Shown here: positions 19,406-28,703 of the stretch, one piece after another
Layout of the letters: each line of letters begins with the position of its first letter
Position numbering within the stretch: the first letter of the stretch is position 1
DNA from: an uncultured Gammaproteobacteria bacterium
GTDB taxonomy: Bacteria > Patescibacteriota > Microgenomatia > UBA8517
Direction of reading: 5' to 3'
DNA length: 64,000 bases
Assembly: GCA_964583685.1 (NCBI GenBank)
Contig: CAZOVJ010000001.1
Location: 4,033 to 68,032, forward strand
The notes under the pieces: generated by a model
Databases searched by the model: none
What the model was told of the DNA's origin: nothing
Seen by the model: only the letters and a program-made list of their open reading frames with translations
Program-made: the position numbers and the translations under genes

Positions 19406-19436
19406 GCTAATCCCGCTCAGCGGGATTTTTCTTTTT
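19406..19436 (+). repeat. 31-bp direct repeat copy 2
   Basis: Identical to 16802-16832; a diverged third copy lies at 22195-22222. Confidence 0.85.
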
Positions 19437-19449
19437 TAGGCAGAGAAAG

Positions 19450-19478
19450 TTGAGAAATTTGACAATCTCTGGTATTAT
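19450..19478 (+). promoter_or_regulatory. promoter duplicated upstream of both cassette lead genes
   Basis: TTGAGA-N17-TATTAT with extended TG. Near-identical copy at ~22238-22266; both are followed by CTAGGAGGTAGGCAATGGC. Confidence 0.6.
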
Positions 19479-19504
19479 AGGGCAGATTTTCTAGGAGGTA
19501 GGCA

Positions 19505-21223
19505 ATGGCAAAAGAAAGAGCAGAAAAGCCAGGAAAATTCACAGGAAGAAAAATTTTAGAGCTTGGTGCTAGAGCGGCAGTGGTAACGCCATTGATCCTT
19601 GGTCCTCTAGGTGAGGCTTTAACTCCTAAAGATGGTAATGAACCCAATCCCCAAACCTCGCCCAACACCTTAATCCTTTCTCCAGATGACCCCACTAATC
19701 CTCTTTCTCAGCGAAGACAGCTAGACTCTCACATTGGCTTTGCTTCGCCTTGGCAACAGGAAGAACAGGTAGAAGCAGAAGAACAACAGGAATACTTTCC
19801 TGATAATACAGTAACAATCGCGGCTAATCCTCAAGAACTGGGTGTCAGTAGTCTAAGCGAGATAGATAATATAGAAACAGTTTTAGATAATCCCACTATT
19901 GGCCAAGAGAATAAAGATGAAATTTACAGCCTTTTAGAAAAGTTTGGTTGGGCAACAGCCAGTGGCTTAAACACCAATCTCTATCTGGCCGAAACAGAAC
20001 AGGGGATAATAGCCTCCGCTGCTGTTGAGGCAAGGATGGAAGGCCAAAATTGGGTCTTTCTCTGGCACCCCGTTCTCCAACAAACAATCGGTGTACCAAT
20101 AGAAGAAGGAATGAGCTTTGGCTTCTTCTTTGTTCAAGAAAATGGTTCTCAGTTTCTAGTTCCCGGTCTGATTGATGAAAACAACAATGCCTATCCTTTC
20201 CCAGATTATGACCCAGAGACTCAAGGTTTTGGCACCTTAATAGGCCTTAACCAACAAGAAAGACTAGATATGCAAATCTCTGGTCCTACCAGAATCTATA
20301 CAGACAGAACAACCCCAGCCATCTTGCCTGGCCTGGAGGAGCCACGGGAAGGTATTACCCAAGAAGAAATAGAAGCGGCCATTTTGAATTCCGGAAATAG
20401 AGTGGTTTACGCTAAGGAACTTCCAGAGAGTGCTTGTAAACTTCTCTTTAGGAGCCAAGCAGGGATTGATGCTTTCCTGGACAATTCCTGGGTTGATGTT
20501 GAGGGGAAATATGTTCCCCAAATAGAGGCTATTGATGAAAATAGAATGGCAATCTTTAGAACCTACATGGAATGGCTGGCAGTAAAGACTAATACCCCGG
20601 GCATGGCTAGTTTAAGTTTTGATAACTTTTTAGCAAGAAGGGCCGGTGGTGAGCAATTCAATATGCGTTTCCAGGCAAGGGATATTAATACAGGAGAGTT
20701 TCAAGAAAGACAAGAGCCTCTTGGCAGGATTGAGTATCAGGGCTCATTGGTGGCTGACAACCTGGAAATTACTATCCCAGCAGAGGGAAACCCAGTTTAT
20801 GAAATATATTTGGCCAACACTTTGGCAGGTGCTTACTTACCAACTCTTTCTTATCATGAAGGCAGTGGGGATATGCACGGTGGTGTTTTCTACGACAATG
20901 AAAGACCAAACACAATCATTTTCTATTTTGCATTTCCAGTGACGGAAGATCTTATGTGGTGGCCTTATGAAGGTGTTGGGTATGTATACAATTACCCCCT
21001 CATCATCCAAACTCTAATGAGGAATTTTGCCTTTTTTACCATTCAGATGAGTGATCAAGAAAGGGTTCATAATGGTAGGGTGCATCATATGTCAATGCTA
21101 TTAAACGTTGGGATATCGCCATTAAGAGAAGCTTATCACGATATACTACTTGGTAGAACGCCTACGGGAAATGAGTGGAACCCCATGATATCCGTGATCA
21201 GTGCCGCAGGCCACGAAGACTAA
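19505..21223 (+). CDS. hypothetical exported/anchored protein (572 aa), paralog of 22293..24314 at the N-terminus only
   Basis: Shared KILELGARAAV...GP..EA.TPK...LSPDD...DSHI..ASP N-terminus; strong RBS. Confidence 0.8.
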   Translation: MAKERAEKPGKFTGRKILELGARAAVVTPLILGPLGEALTPKDGNEPNPQTSPNTLILSPDDPTNPLSQRRQLDSHIGFASPWQQEEQVEAEEQQEYFPDNTVTIAANPQELGVSSLSEIDNIETVLDNPTIGQENKDEIYSLLEKFGWATASGLNTNLYLAETEQGIIASAAVEARMEGQNWVFLWHPVLQQTIGVPIEEGMSFGFFFVQENGSQFLVPGLIDENNNAYPFPDYDPETQGFGTLIGLNQQERLDMQISGPTRIYTDRTTPAILPGLEEPREGITQEEIEAAILNSGNRVVYAKELPESACKLLFRSQAGIDAFLDNSWVDVEGKYVPQIEAIDENRMAIFRTYMEWLAVKTNTPGMASLSFDNFLARRAGGEQFNMRFQARDINTGEFQERQEPLGRIEYQGSLVADNLEITIPAEGNPVYEIYLANTLAGAYLPTLSYHEGSGDMHGGVFYDNERPNTIIFYFAFPVTEDLMWWPYEGVGYVYNYPLIIQTLMRNFAFFTIQMSDQERVHNGRVHHMSMLLNVGISPLREAYHDILLGRTPTGNEWNPMISVISAAGHED

Positions 21224-21267
21224 GTATAACTCTTGATTTTGAGCAAACTCTTTCTTATACTAAAAAT

Positions 21268-21975
21268 ATGCCCAAAAGCTTGAAACTCTTCCTTTTTGGA
21301 GGTGTTTTAATTTTTGCCTTGATAGTTCTCGCTTTTGTTATATATGCTTTCCGCGTACCAGGTTTTCTATTTCCAGAAGAAGCGGTTAGTTTAAAGGGAA
21401 CTGTTTTTAATTTCAAATCGGAAATATCGCCTTATAAAATAGAAAAGGGCTCGGTAGACTCAAGAGTATTGGAAAAGATTCTCGTGGGGGTGGGTTTTAG
21501 GGAAAATACATCAAGTTTTGGCATTTTTGGCCAAAATGAACTGGTTCTTCCCAGTAAAATAAAAACTGTTTACAAAGATATTAGCGGTCAAAGTCTAGAG
21601 TCTGTTATAAACCCCACCCGGAGTGGTGGTGACTTGATAAGTGGTTTCGGTTCATCATATAACGAAGAGTCTCGAGAACTCACCTATTTTGTCTTTGTTA
21701 ACCCAGAAGTGTTTGAAGGACAAAGTGAAAAGGAAATTTCAGAAGCTTTAACTGGCCTTACTGTCAGACTTTTCTGTTTGGCCCTGAACAATATCATAGA
21801 ACCAGAAGTTCTTGATAGAGTTACTTATGAGCTAAATGCAGAACTAAGAAACTCCGGGGAATCACTTTTCGCCATAGAACTCCAGAAGAGGACATTGGGG
21901 CTTATAAAAGAGGTGTATGCCGAGTGCCGAGGGGCTTATTCGTGTGGACGATATGATACAAAAGAATCTCCATAG
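21268..21975 (+). CDS. membrane-anchored hypothetical protein, apparently truncated at the start of a Cys-rich region
   Basis: Probable ATG 21268 (MPKSLKLFLFGG), TM helix; ends KEVYAECRGAYSCGRYDTKESP. Confidence 0.6.
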   Translation: MPKSLKLFLFGGVLIFALIVLAFVIYAFRVPGFLFPEEAVSLKGTVFNFKSEISPYKIEKGSVDSRVLEKILVGVGFRENTSSFGIFGQNELVLPSKIKTVYKDISGQSLESVINPTRSGGDLISGFGSSYNEESRELTYFVFVNPEVFEGQSEKEISEALTGLTVRLFCLALNNIIEPEVLDRVTYELNAELRNSGESLFAIELQKRTLGLIKEVYAECRGAYSCGRYDTKESP

Positions 21976-22079
21976 TCGGCAACGTCTAGGGTAGAGCAAT
22001 AAGCATTATAAACCTTATTGCCGTTAGGATAGGTTTCAGGTTCTATAATAACCCGATAGTTTAAAACTTTTGTTTCCAT
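21936..22079 (-). pseudogene. HicB-family antitoxin, N-terminal fragment
   Basis: Manual translation METKVLNYRVIIEPETYPNGNKVYNAYCSTLDVADYGDS matches the HicB start, but the expected following (EEAL..) helix is missing; 47 aa. Confidence 0.65.
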
Positions 22080-22292
22080 ATGTAGCTAGTTTAGCATTGA
22101 CAATTTTCCCTGTCAAAATTTGCCAAGGGTGCTAAAATATCTTTAAGATGGCAAGAATTGAAAAATTATTCTTGGTTAGTTCTATAATATAGGTTCCCCG
22201 CAACTGCGGGATTTTTCTTTTTCCTGGGCAGAGAAAATTGAGAATATTGACAGATTTTGGTATTATAAGGCATAGTTTCTAGGAGGTAGGCA

Positions 22293-24314
22293 ATGGCGGA
22301 AACAAAGCCGGAAAAGTTAGGAAAGTCAGGAAAATTCACAAAAAAGATTTTAGAGCTTGGTGCTAGAGCGGCAGTGGCTGTTCCATTGGCTGTTGGTCCT
22401 GTGAGTGAGGCTTCTACTCCCAAACCTGGACAGAAACTTGATCCCCAATCTCCTTCAACTACCCTAGAACTTTCTCCAGATGACCGTGTTTTAGAACAAA
22501 AGCAAGAAATAGATTCTCATATTAAGATTGCTTCTCCTGAAGAGCAGCTAATTAGGTCTGAAGAACAAAGAGTTTGGAATTTACCCCGGTATGAAGCTGA
22601 AGGTATAGAAACAGAGGTTTTCGCTCAAGGAGAAGAAAGATTGGATTTGCTGCCTTTGTCTTTAAGGGATGGAGAGAACGGGTTAGAAGCGGTAGCTAAT
22701 TATTTGGATAGAGAAACAGATAGTGTTTGGTTCTTGGTCTTTGACAGTCAGGGTGGAGAATGGAAAGAGGAAAGGGGAGCAGAAGGAGAGAAAATAAGAG
22801 GAGAAGAGAACCAGACTTCATTAAGCCGGGAGGTAGCCAGGAATCTTCGGGAGATAATGGTCTTTGAGTCCCAGGAAAGCCAGAAAAAAGCAGCTAGGTT
22901 TAATCTCTTACTGGACAGGCGGGCCCAAACAACCTTGGTTACTCCCATGATTGAAGTCAGAGAAACAGCCAAGGATGGCGAGATTGATCTAGCTCCTGGT
23001 TCCTTGCTTTTGGTAGACAGGCAAGATGAGGTTCATTATTTCAACCCCTTAGATATCTTTGGAGAAACAGAAACTGGGGTTGTTGAAATTGATCTTGACT
23101 ACGCCCAATGGCTAAGAGACTATGGTTTGGCAGTCAATGAAGGTGATTTAGTCCTGGTTCAGCGGTATACCAATGCTGCTGTTAATGGAGACCTGGCTGG
23201 TAAACCCATCTCCCTGGCCCTAATAGGAGGAGAAGCGGTAGTCTTCGTTCGGGAATTTGCAGAAGGAAACAATATTAATGCTCGTTCTTTACCAGGTACA
23301 GACAATAATTTACCGGGAATGGAAATCTTGGGTCAAGTTAGTCACAATCTCTTGATTACTCAGGAAGAACTTAATTCCTTCCCTGAGCTCCAAGAATACC
23401 TCAATCAATTAGCCACTTCTTTAGCTAGAGAAGAAAGCTCTGAGACAGTCCATGAAATTGATGAACAAGGCAGAATAGTCGTTAACAATGACAATCATAA
23501 TTGGTATCTTGTCTGGTGGGATAGAGAAGCCGGCAAGTTTGCCTGGGTCAGTGACCTAGTTGAATTGGTACAAAGAGTTCCCACTGATATTCCTTCTACT
23601 CCAGAGCCAGTGGCAGCAATATACAGTCAAAATGAAATAAACTTGGAAAGTTACAACGGAAATCTATACCCAGATAATCCCTATCCCGTCAGATTAGATA
23701 GTGATATTCGAATAGCAAATAGAGTTCTATTTGTTGATGATCATCAATATTCAATAGAACAATCACAGTTTCTTGACAATGTAACATGTAGTCTAGACGA
23801 TGGCTGTTCAATCTACTGCAGTGTAATGGGGACCGTTGTAGGAATATTAGGTGAGAGAAGATTGGAAAATATGGGGTTGGTCGACAAAGAAGGTAACCCA
23901 ATAGAGGATTTTTGGATTGATAATTTGAAAGTTACCGACTACTTGATGGTCGCTCGAAAAGAAGATGGTTCGTTACTTAAGATAGTCTTTTCTATTCCTG
24001 AAGACTATGTACTTGCAGCCATAGCAGGGCAAAGTGGGAATTTTAACCCCAGAAGGTCATCAAAAATTACTGAAGGATCCCTACCAGGATCCCGTCTCGG
24101 ATTGGGCATATCTATGCTGACCAATATTGACAGGGCATTAGCAAGCGTACGTTCAAACCCTCTTGAAAGGGTAGGTAATGCTCTAAGGGTATCTAGGGTT
24201 TCAATTTCCAGTTTGCAATCTCTGCAAAACACAGAGGCTTTGAGAAGATACACAGCTGATGAATCAATAATTGTTTATGTAGGTATCCAAGCCCTGAATC
24301 TAGTTACTAGGTAA
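22293..24314 (+). CDS. hypothetical exported/anchored protein (673 aa), paralog of 19505..21223 at the N-terminus only
   Basis: Same N-terminal ~80 aa module and upstream region; remainder not recognisably similar. Confidence 0.8.
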   Translation: MAETKPEKLGKSGKFTKKILELGARAAVAVPLAVGPVSEASTPKPGQKLDPQSPSTTLELSPDDRVLEQKQEIDSHIKIASPEEQLIRSEEQRVWNLPRYEAEGIETEVFAQGEERLDLLPLSLRDGENGLEAVANYLDRETDSVWFLVFDSQGGEWKEERGAEGEKIRGEENQTSLSREVARNLREIMVFESQESQKKAARFNLLLDRRAQTTLVTPMIEVRETAKDGEIDLAPGSLLLVDRQDEVHYFNPLDIFGETETGVVEIDLDYAQWLRDYGLAVNEGDLVLVQRYTNAAVNGDLAGKPISLALIGGEAVVFVREFAEGNNINARSLPGTDNNLPGMEILGQVSHNLLITQEELNSFPELQEYLNQLATSLAREESSETVHEIDEQGRIVVNNDNHNWYLVWWDREAGKFAWVSDLVELVQRVPTDIPSTPEPVAAIYSQNEINLESYNGNLYPDNPYPVRLDSDIRIANRVLFVDDHQYSIEQSQFLDNVTCSLDDGCSIYCSVMGTVVGILGERRLENMGLVDKEGNPIEDFWIDNLKVTDYLMVARKEDGSLLKIVFSIPEDYVLAAIAGQSGNFNPRRSSKITEGSLPGSRLGLGISMLTNIDRALASVRSNPLERVGNALRVSRVSISSLQSLQNTEALRRYTADESIIVYVGIQALNLVTR

Positions 24315-24365
24315 TACAACCCTTGTTTCTTCACAAACAACTCAAAAATAGTGTATTGTAAATAT

Positions 24366-24884
24366 ATGGGAAGTTTTAAGCAAGTTTTTCTAGTGGGACT
24401 ACTTATTTTAACCATATTTGCAATTTGCTATACATTCAGCCGTTATACTTGCTACGATAGTTCAAAATCATTATTTACTCAAGGTTTCTATCGAGGGCAG
24501 AAAACTAGTTTTGAATATGTTTATGATGAAATGGAAAGAAAAACCGTGCTATCAGGTATCCTTGTTTCTTACGAGCCATCCTCAAACAATCCTACAATAA
24601 CTTTGAGTACATCCCCCACAAATTATTGTCTTCCAGTTGGCAGAAAAAAAGTAAAGTTAAGTTTCTCTGGAATTAAAACGCTTTTTTTACTCCTGGAAAA
24701 AGAGGACCAAACCACATTCCGGTGGAGAGCCTTGGCGGCCGAAAAGCTACGAAACATACTTAAACGTGGGGTACTTGTAACCGTTCAATTCGCCGATGGT
24801 CAGGAAAAAACAGTAGTTGACGCAAAATTGGGCGCTGCATCTCATGTAATTATTCATAAGTATAAAGAATCTGAACAAAAATGA
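24366..24884 (+). CDS. small membrane-anchored hypothetical protein
   Basis: Probable ATG 24366 (MGSFKQVFLVG), TM helix; overlaps the next gene by ATGA. Confidence 0.7.
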   Translation: MGSFKQVFLVGLLILTIFAICYTFSRYTCYDSSKSLFTQGFYRGQKTSFEYVYDEMERKTVLSGILVSYEPSSNNPTITLSTSPTNYCLPVGRKKVKLSFSGIKTLFLLLEKEDQTTFRWRALAAEKLRNILKRGVLVTVQFADGQEKTVVDAKLGAASHVIIHKYKESEQK

Positions 24885-26905
24885 GGATTAAGCTTTTCTT
24901 TCTAATAATCATATTTTCCGCTTTATCTACTGTTTCCTTTGCAAAGACAAACACAATCCAGGCGCAAACCTGCAGTGGAGTTGCTTATTTTAGTGAAACA
25001 AATTATGCATGTAGAGGAAGTGATATTGGTGGTGGATACAGATGCGAAGCAATCACTGTAGTTCAAGCAGCCGCATGTGGATGGTGGGGGGGGAGATGTA
25101 GGGCTGTGTCGTCATACACAGACACATGCAGAGTCCTTCTTGACGGTTGTGAAATTACGTCCCATAGCTACAGCAGCAGTGCGGGATGCACTGTGTCAGA
25201 TGATGGTGATGACGGTGATGGGAATGGTGATGATGGTGGAGTTCCGTGTTATAAAGCAGGATTTCAAAACTGTGTTGGTTCGTGCGGGGGTGGAGGAAGC
25301 TGTACATGGGTACCAGATAGAGAAACCTGTGTCTGTATGGGTGGGGGGGGAGGACCTGGACCAGGTGCATGTGATGGTCCGGGGCTGGGGATTTCTTCAT
25401 GCTTGATTGATAGCAGTGGCATGCACATTGTCTGGCGGTGGGGCTACTGGGGTTGGTTTCCGCCTGCTTGGGTCAGAGGCTATAGGTACCGGCTGCAAAC
25501 AGGCGCTCCCTTAAGAATCGAGGCTAACTATATTAAACAAGCTTGGAGCACTTGGAATACATATACTACACATCATGAAACAATCCAGTCAACCTGGGCC
25601 CGAGTACAAGTCAGTCGCACAGAATGTGCTGCTTCTTGGCTAGGACCAGGACATGATTGCGAGTACTGTCCTTGGGAATGTGATTGCACGACTCCTGGAA
25701 AGTGGTCAAAAACATTCATCGTTAATCCTGAAGACTGCACCATGGCTCCAGCCTCCATCACCGGAACAGTTTTTTCTGACCCAGAAAGGGATGCCTATCC
25801 CTCAGGCGATAGCTGCACAGATAGTTCAGCCTCACCCCTGACTGATTCAGGCTATCAGGTTAGGGCAACAAATTTGAGCACCAGCGACAGCCAGACAACA
25901 CCTGTTGGCGCTGACGGTAATTATACTCTGAGCAATGTAGAGCCTGGTGATAGTTATATTATCGCCCTTGAAGATGGATCAGGAGCATTAGTAAGTAGTT
26001 GTTCCTGCCCAGGTAATTGTCAATTTGTGGGTGCAGTGCCAATTGGAGCCACCATTACCCGTGATTTTTACACTGGCCCTCCTGGGCCCTGGTGGCAGGT
26101 GATTGATGGAGATGTTTTGACTAATGGAAGCCTCAGTTCCCTTATTCCTTCATCTTGCAGCCTGCCCGGTTGTAATCCCAACTTTATACTTGATGGGCCA
26201 GGAGGTTATCCGGGAGTAGCCATCTATGGAGGTAGTTCCTATGATTTTAGCACTGGCAGTTCAGATGGCAGAGACCAGGTTTCTTCTCAAGGCTGGTTAG
26301 CCAATTCCTCTTATCTGGGCAAGGAATATCATTATAGCTATTTTGCCAGATTAGTGCCCAGTGATGTCCAAGAGCAGACCGATGAGATAACTGAGGAGAC
26401 AGTCACTGGCGGTGATTTTAATTCCGGGGGAAGTCCTGCCAGGGGCTATATTTGGTACAAAAGAGAGGGAGACCTGACTATTAACGGCAATGTCAATTTG
26501 GTTGGCACCAGAAAGGTGGTTCTCTTTGTCAATGGAGGTGATTTAAACATCAATGGTCGAATCAATCTCCAATCAGGTGAGAGCTTTTTTATGGCCATTG
26601 TCGGCAAAGACGATAGCGGAAACAAAGGAAACATTATTGTTGACCCCTCAGTTTCCCATCCGGTCAAACCCGGTCTTGAGGGCATCTTCCTGGCTGATTC
26701 TCAATTTAAAACAGGCAGTGATGATAAACAGCTCTATATTCGTGGTTCAGTGGCTGCCTGGGAAGGTATTGTCTTAGAAAGAGACTTAGATGATGACAAT
26801 AGTGATACTCCTGCAGAACTCTTTGAATATGCTCCGGACCTTATCTTTAACTATCCTCAAGAAATGCTCAGAGACGTTATCCGCTGGAGAGAAGTAGCAC
26901 CCTAA
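24881..26905 (+). CDS. secreted Cys/Gly-rich surface protein with an Ig-like domain and a C-terminal beta-rich domain
   Basis: Signal peptide, many Cys in the first ~290 aa, ITGTVFSD...GNYTL Ig-like repeat, C-terminal WWQV.DGDV...WREVAP. Confidence 0.75.
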   Translation: MRIKLFFLIIIFSALSTVSFAKTNTIQAQTCSGVAYFSETNYACRGSDIGGGYRCEAITVVQAAACGWWGGRCRAVSSYTDTCRVLLDGCEITSHSYSSSAGCTVSDDGDDGDGNGDDGGVPCYKAGFQNCVGSCGGGGSCTWVPDRETCVCMGGGGGPGPGACDGPGLGISSCLIDSSGMHIVWRWGYWGWFPPAWVRGYRYRLQTGAPLRIEANYIKQAWSTWNTYTTHHETIQSTWARVQVSRTECAASWLGPGHDCEYCPWECDCTTPGKWSKTFIVNPEDCTMAPASITGTVFSDPERDAYPSGDSCTDSSASPLTDSGYQVRATNLSTSDSQTTPVGADGNYTLSNVEPGDSYIIALEDGSGALVSSCSCPGNCQFVGAVPIGATITRDFYTGPPGPWWQVIDGDVLTNGSLSSLIPSSCSLPGCNPNFILDGPGGYPGVAIYGGSSYDFSTGSSDGRDQVSSQGWLANSSYLGKEYHYSYFARLVPSDVQEQTDEITEETVTGGDFNSGGSPARGYIWYKREGDLTINGNVNLVGTRKVVLFVNGGDLNINGRINLQSGESFFMAIVGKDDSGNKGNIIVDPSVSHPVKPGLEGIFLADSQFKTGSDDKQLYIRGSVAAWEGIVLERDLDDDNSDTPAELFEYAPDLIFNYPQEMLRDVIRWREVAP

Positions 26906-26923
26906 AAATGTTATACTTCTTTT

Positions 26924-27238
26924 ATGAAGCAGCAAACTGATTTAATTGTCAGAGCTATCAACGCCAACACAAAGCCACTGAAGATTGTATTATTTGGATC
27001 GCAGGCTAGGAAACAATCTCATGAGAAAAGCGACTTGGACATTGCTGTAATTCAAAATAATCCTCCACAGATAGGACAAAAGGCTAAAATCTTTTTAACT
27101 TTAACAAAGCTCGGTTATGATTGGAAAACAGAACCAGACATTCATCTCTTTTCCCAAAAGGATTTTCTACAAAGACTAAAACAAAAAGACCTTTTTGCTA
27201 GCCAGATTTCTAAAGGAGAAACCATCTATGCCCGATAG
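26924..27238 (+). CDS. minimal nucleotidyltransferase (MNT) antitoxin
   Basis: IVLFGSQAR...SDLDIAVI motif. Confidence 0.85.
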   Translation: MKQQTDLIVRAINANTKPLKIVLFGSQARKQSHEKSDLDIAVIQNNPPQIGQKAKIFLTLTKLGYDWKTEPDIHLFSQKDFLQRLKQKDLFASQISKGETIYAR

Positions 27239-27380
27239 CTACAGAATTTGGTTGAAAAAATCAACTGATAACTTAAAGGAAACCGCTTCTAGGGCGCTCG
27301 ATGCCGCTCATAAAGTCAGCCAAGAAATTTCCAAGAATTTTCCAAAAAAACCAGAGACGTTATCCGCTGGAGAGAGGTAG
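27228..27380 (+). pseudogene. HEPN-domain remnant, internally deleted
   Basis: MPDSYRIWLKKSTDNLK (HEPN first helix) joined directly to ETASRALDAAHKVSQEI (last helix); overlaps the MNT stop. Confidence 0.55.
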
Positions 27381-27459
27381 CACCGTAAATAGTTGACAGG
27401 AAGGGGAGAGAAGGTTAAAATTAGTCAACTTTCTATTCTACATTGCTTCCTTAATTTAA

Positions 27460-28644
27460 ATGACAGTAAAAAAGACAAGCTCGTCCCTTATTGTAGATAA
27501 TCGCATTTTACCTGATTCCAGTTTGCCCACGGAAAAGGTGAGTGGTGTTTTGGATATTGCCAATGAAGGTTCCGGACTTCTCAGGCCGAACCTTGCTCCT
27601 TCAGAGAATGATATTTATATTTCAGCTTCACAGATAAGAAGATTTAATTTAAGGAATGGAGATTTTGTCAAAGGTCAAGCCAGACGACCTAAAGAGAACG
27701 AACGCTTTTGGGGTCTTTTGAAAGTAGAAAAGGTGAATGGCAAGTCAGCTGAAAAGATGGGCCAACGGGTTGATTTTGAGGAATTGACTGCCATCTATCC
27801 TGATACCCACATAGTTCTTTCAACAGACAAGGAAACATTAACTACCCGGGTAATAGACCTGATTGCCCCAATTGGTTTTGGCCAGAGAGGCTTGATTGTT
27901 TCTCCTCCCAAGGCCGGTAAGACCTGGCTTTTGAAAGATATGATTGCCGGAATCGCCAAGAATTATCCCAAGGTCCATCTGATGGCTGTTTTAATTGGTG
28001 AGCGGCCTGAGGAAGTAACGGACATCAGAAGGCATATGGAAAAAGTGAGCAAGGGAAAAGGGGAAGTGGTGGCTTCAAACTTTGATGAAGCCCCGGAGGA
28101 CCAGACCCGGGTTGGAGAACTAGCTTTGGAGCGAGCTAGGAGATTGGTGGAGATAGGCAAGGATGTGGTAATTGTTTTGGATTCGATTACTCGGATGGCC
28201 CGGGCCTATAACTTGGCCCTGCCCACTTCGGGTAGAACCTTAAGCGGAGGTTTTGACCCCATGGCCCTTTTTCCGGCTAAAAAGTTCTTTGGCGCCGCCA
28301 GGAAGATTGAGAAAGCTGGTTCATTGACGATTATTGGTACCTGTCTTATTGAAACCGGCTCAAGAATGGACGATTTGATTTACGAGGAATTTAAGGGAAC
28401 TGGCAATATGGAGGTTCATCTTACCAGGCGCTTGGCTGACAAGAGAATATTTCCGGCCATTAATGTTAGTATCTCAGGTACCAGGCAGGAAGAGCTTTTG
28501 TATAAAAAGCTTTTGCCTCAGGTTCATACCCTGCGCCGTATGCTTGAGATGATGCCTGAGGATGAACGGACCGAGGCTCTTCTTGAGCGTTTGAAAAAGA
28601 CAGAAGATAACAAAGAATTCCTCAAGAGTATGAAAACAAGCTAA
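27460..28644 (+). CDS. rho: transcription termination factor Rho
   Basis: DIYISASQIRRFNLRNGD, PIGFGQRGLIVSPPKAGKT, LDSITRMARAYN, EEFKGTGNME. Confidence 0.97.
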   Translation: MTVKKTSSSLIVDNRILPDSSLPTEKVSGVLDIANEGSGLLRPNLAPSENDIYISASQIRRFNLRNGDFVKGQARRPKENERFWGLLKVEKVNGKSAEKMGQRVDFEELTAIYPDTHIVLSTDKETLTTRVIDLIAPIGFGQRGLIVSPPKAGKTWLLKDMIAGIAKNYPKVHLMAVLIGERPEEVTDIRRHMEKVSKGKGEVVASNFDEAPEDQTRVGELALERARRLVEIGKDVVIVLDSITRMARAYNLALPTSGRTLSGGFDPMALFPAKKFFGAARKIEKAGSLTIIGTCLIETGSRMDDLIYEEFKGTGNMEVHLTRRLADKRIFPAINVSISGTRQEELLYKKLLPQVHTLRRMLEMMPEDERTEALLERLKKTEDNKEFLKSMKTS

Positions 28645-28703
28645 ACCTCACTAGGTGCTTGATTAGATTAATCAGAGCCATTAGAATGATTAGACATTTT
28701 CTG

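Noticed and set aside
26869-27389. Diversity-generating retroelement VR/TR pair
   Set aside because: Only 38 bp with two mismatches, one of them C/G rather than adenine-specific; no reverse transcriptase in the window.
28659-28703. N-terminal extension MIRLIRAIRMIRHFL of the M23 peptidase
   Set aside because: It arises from a short 9-bp-periodic ATTAGA repeat; ATG 28704 is the more plausible start.
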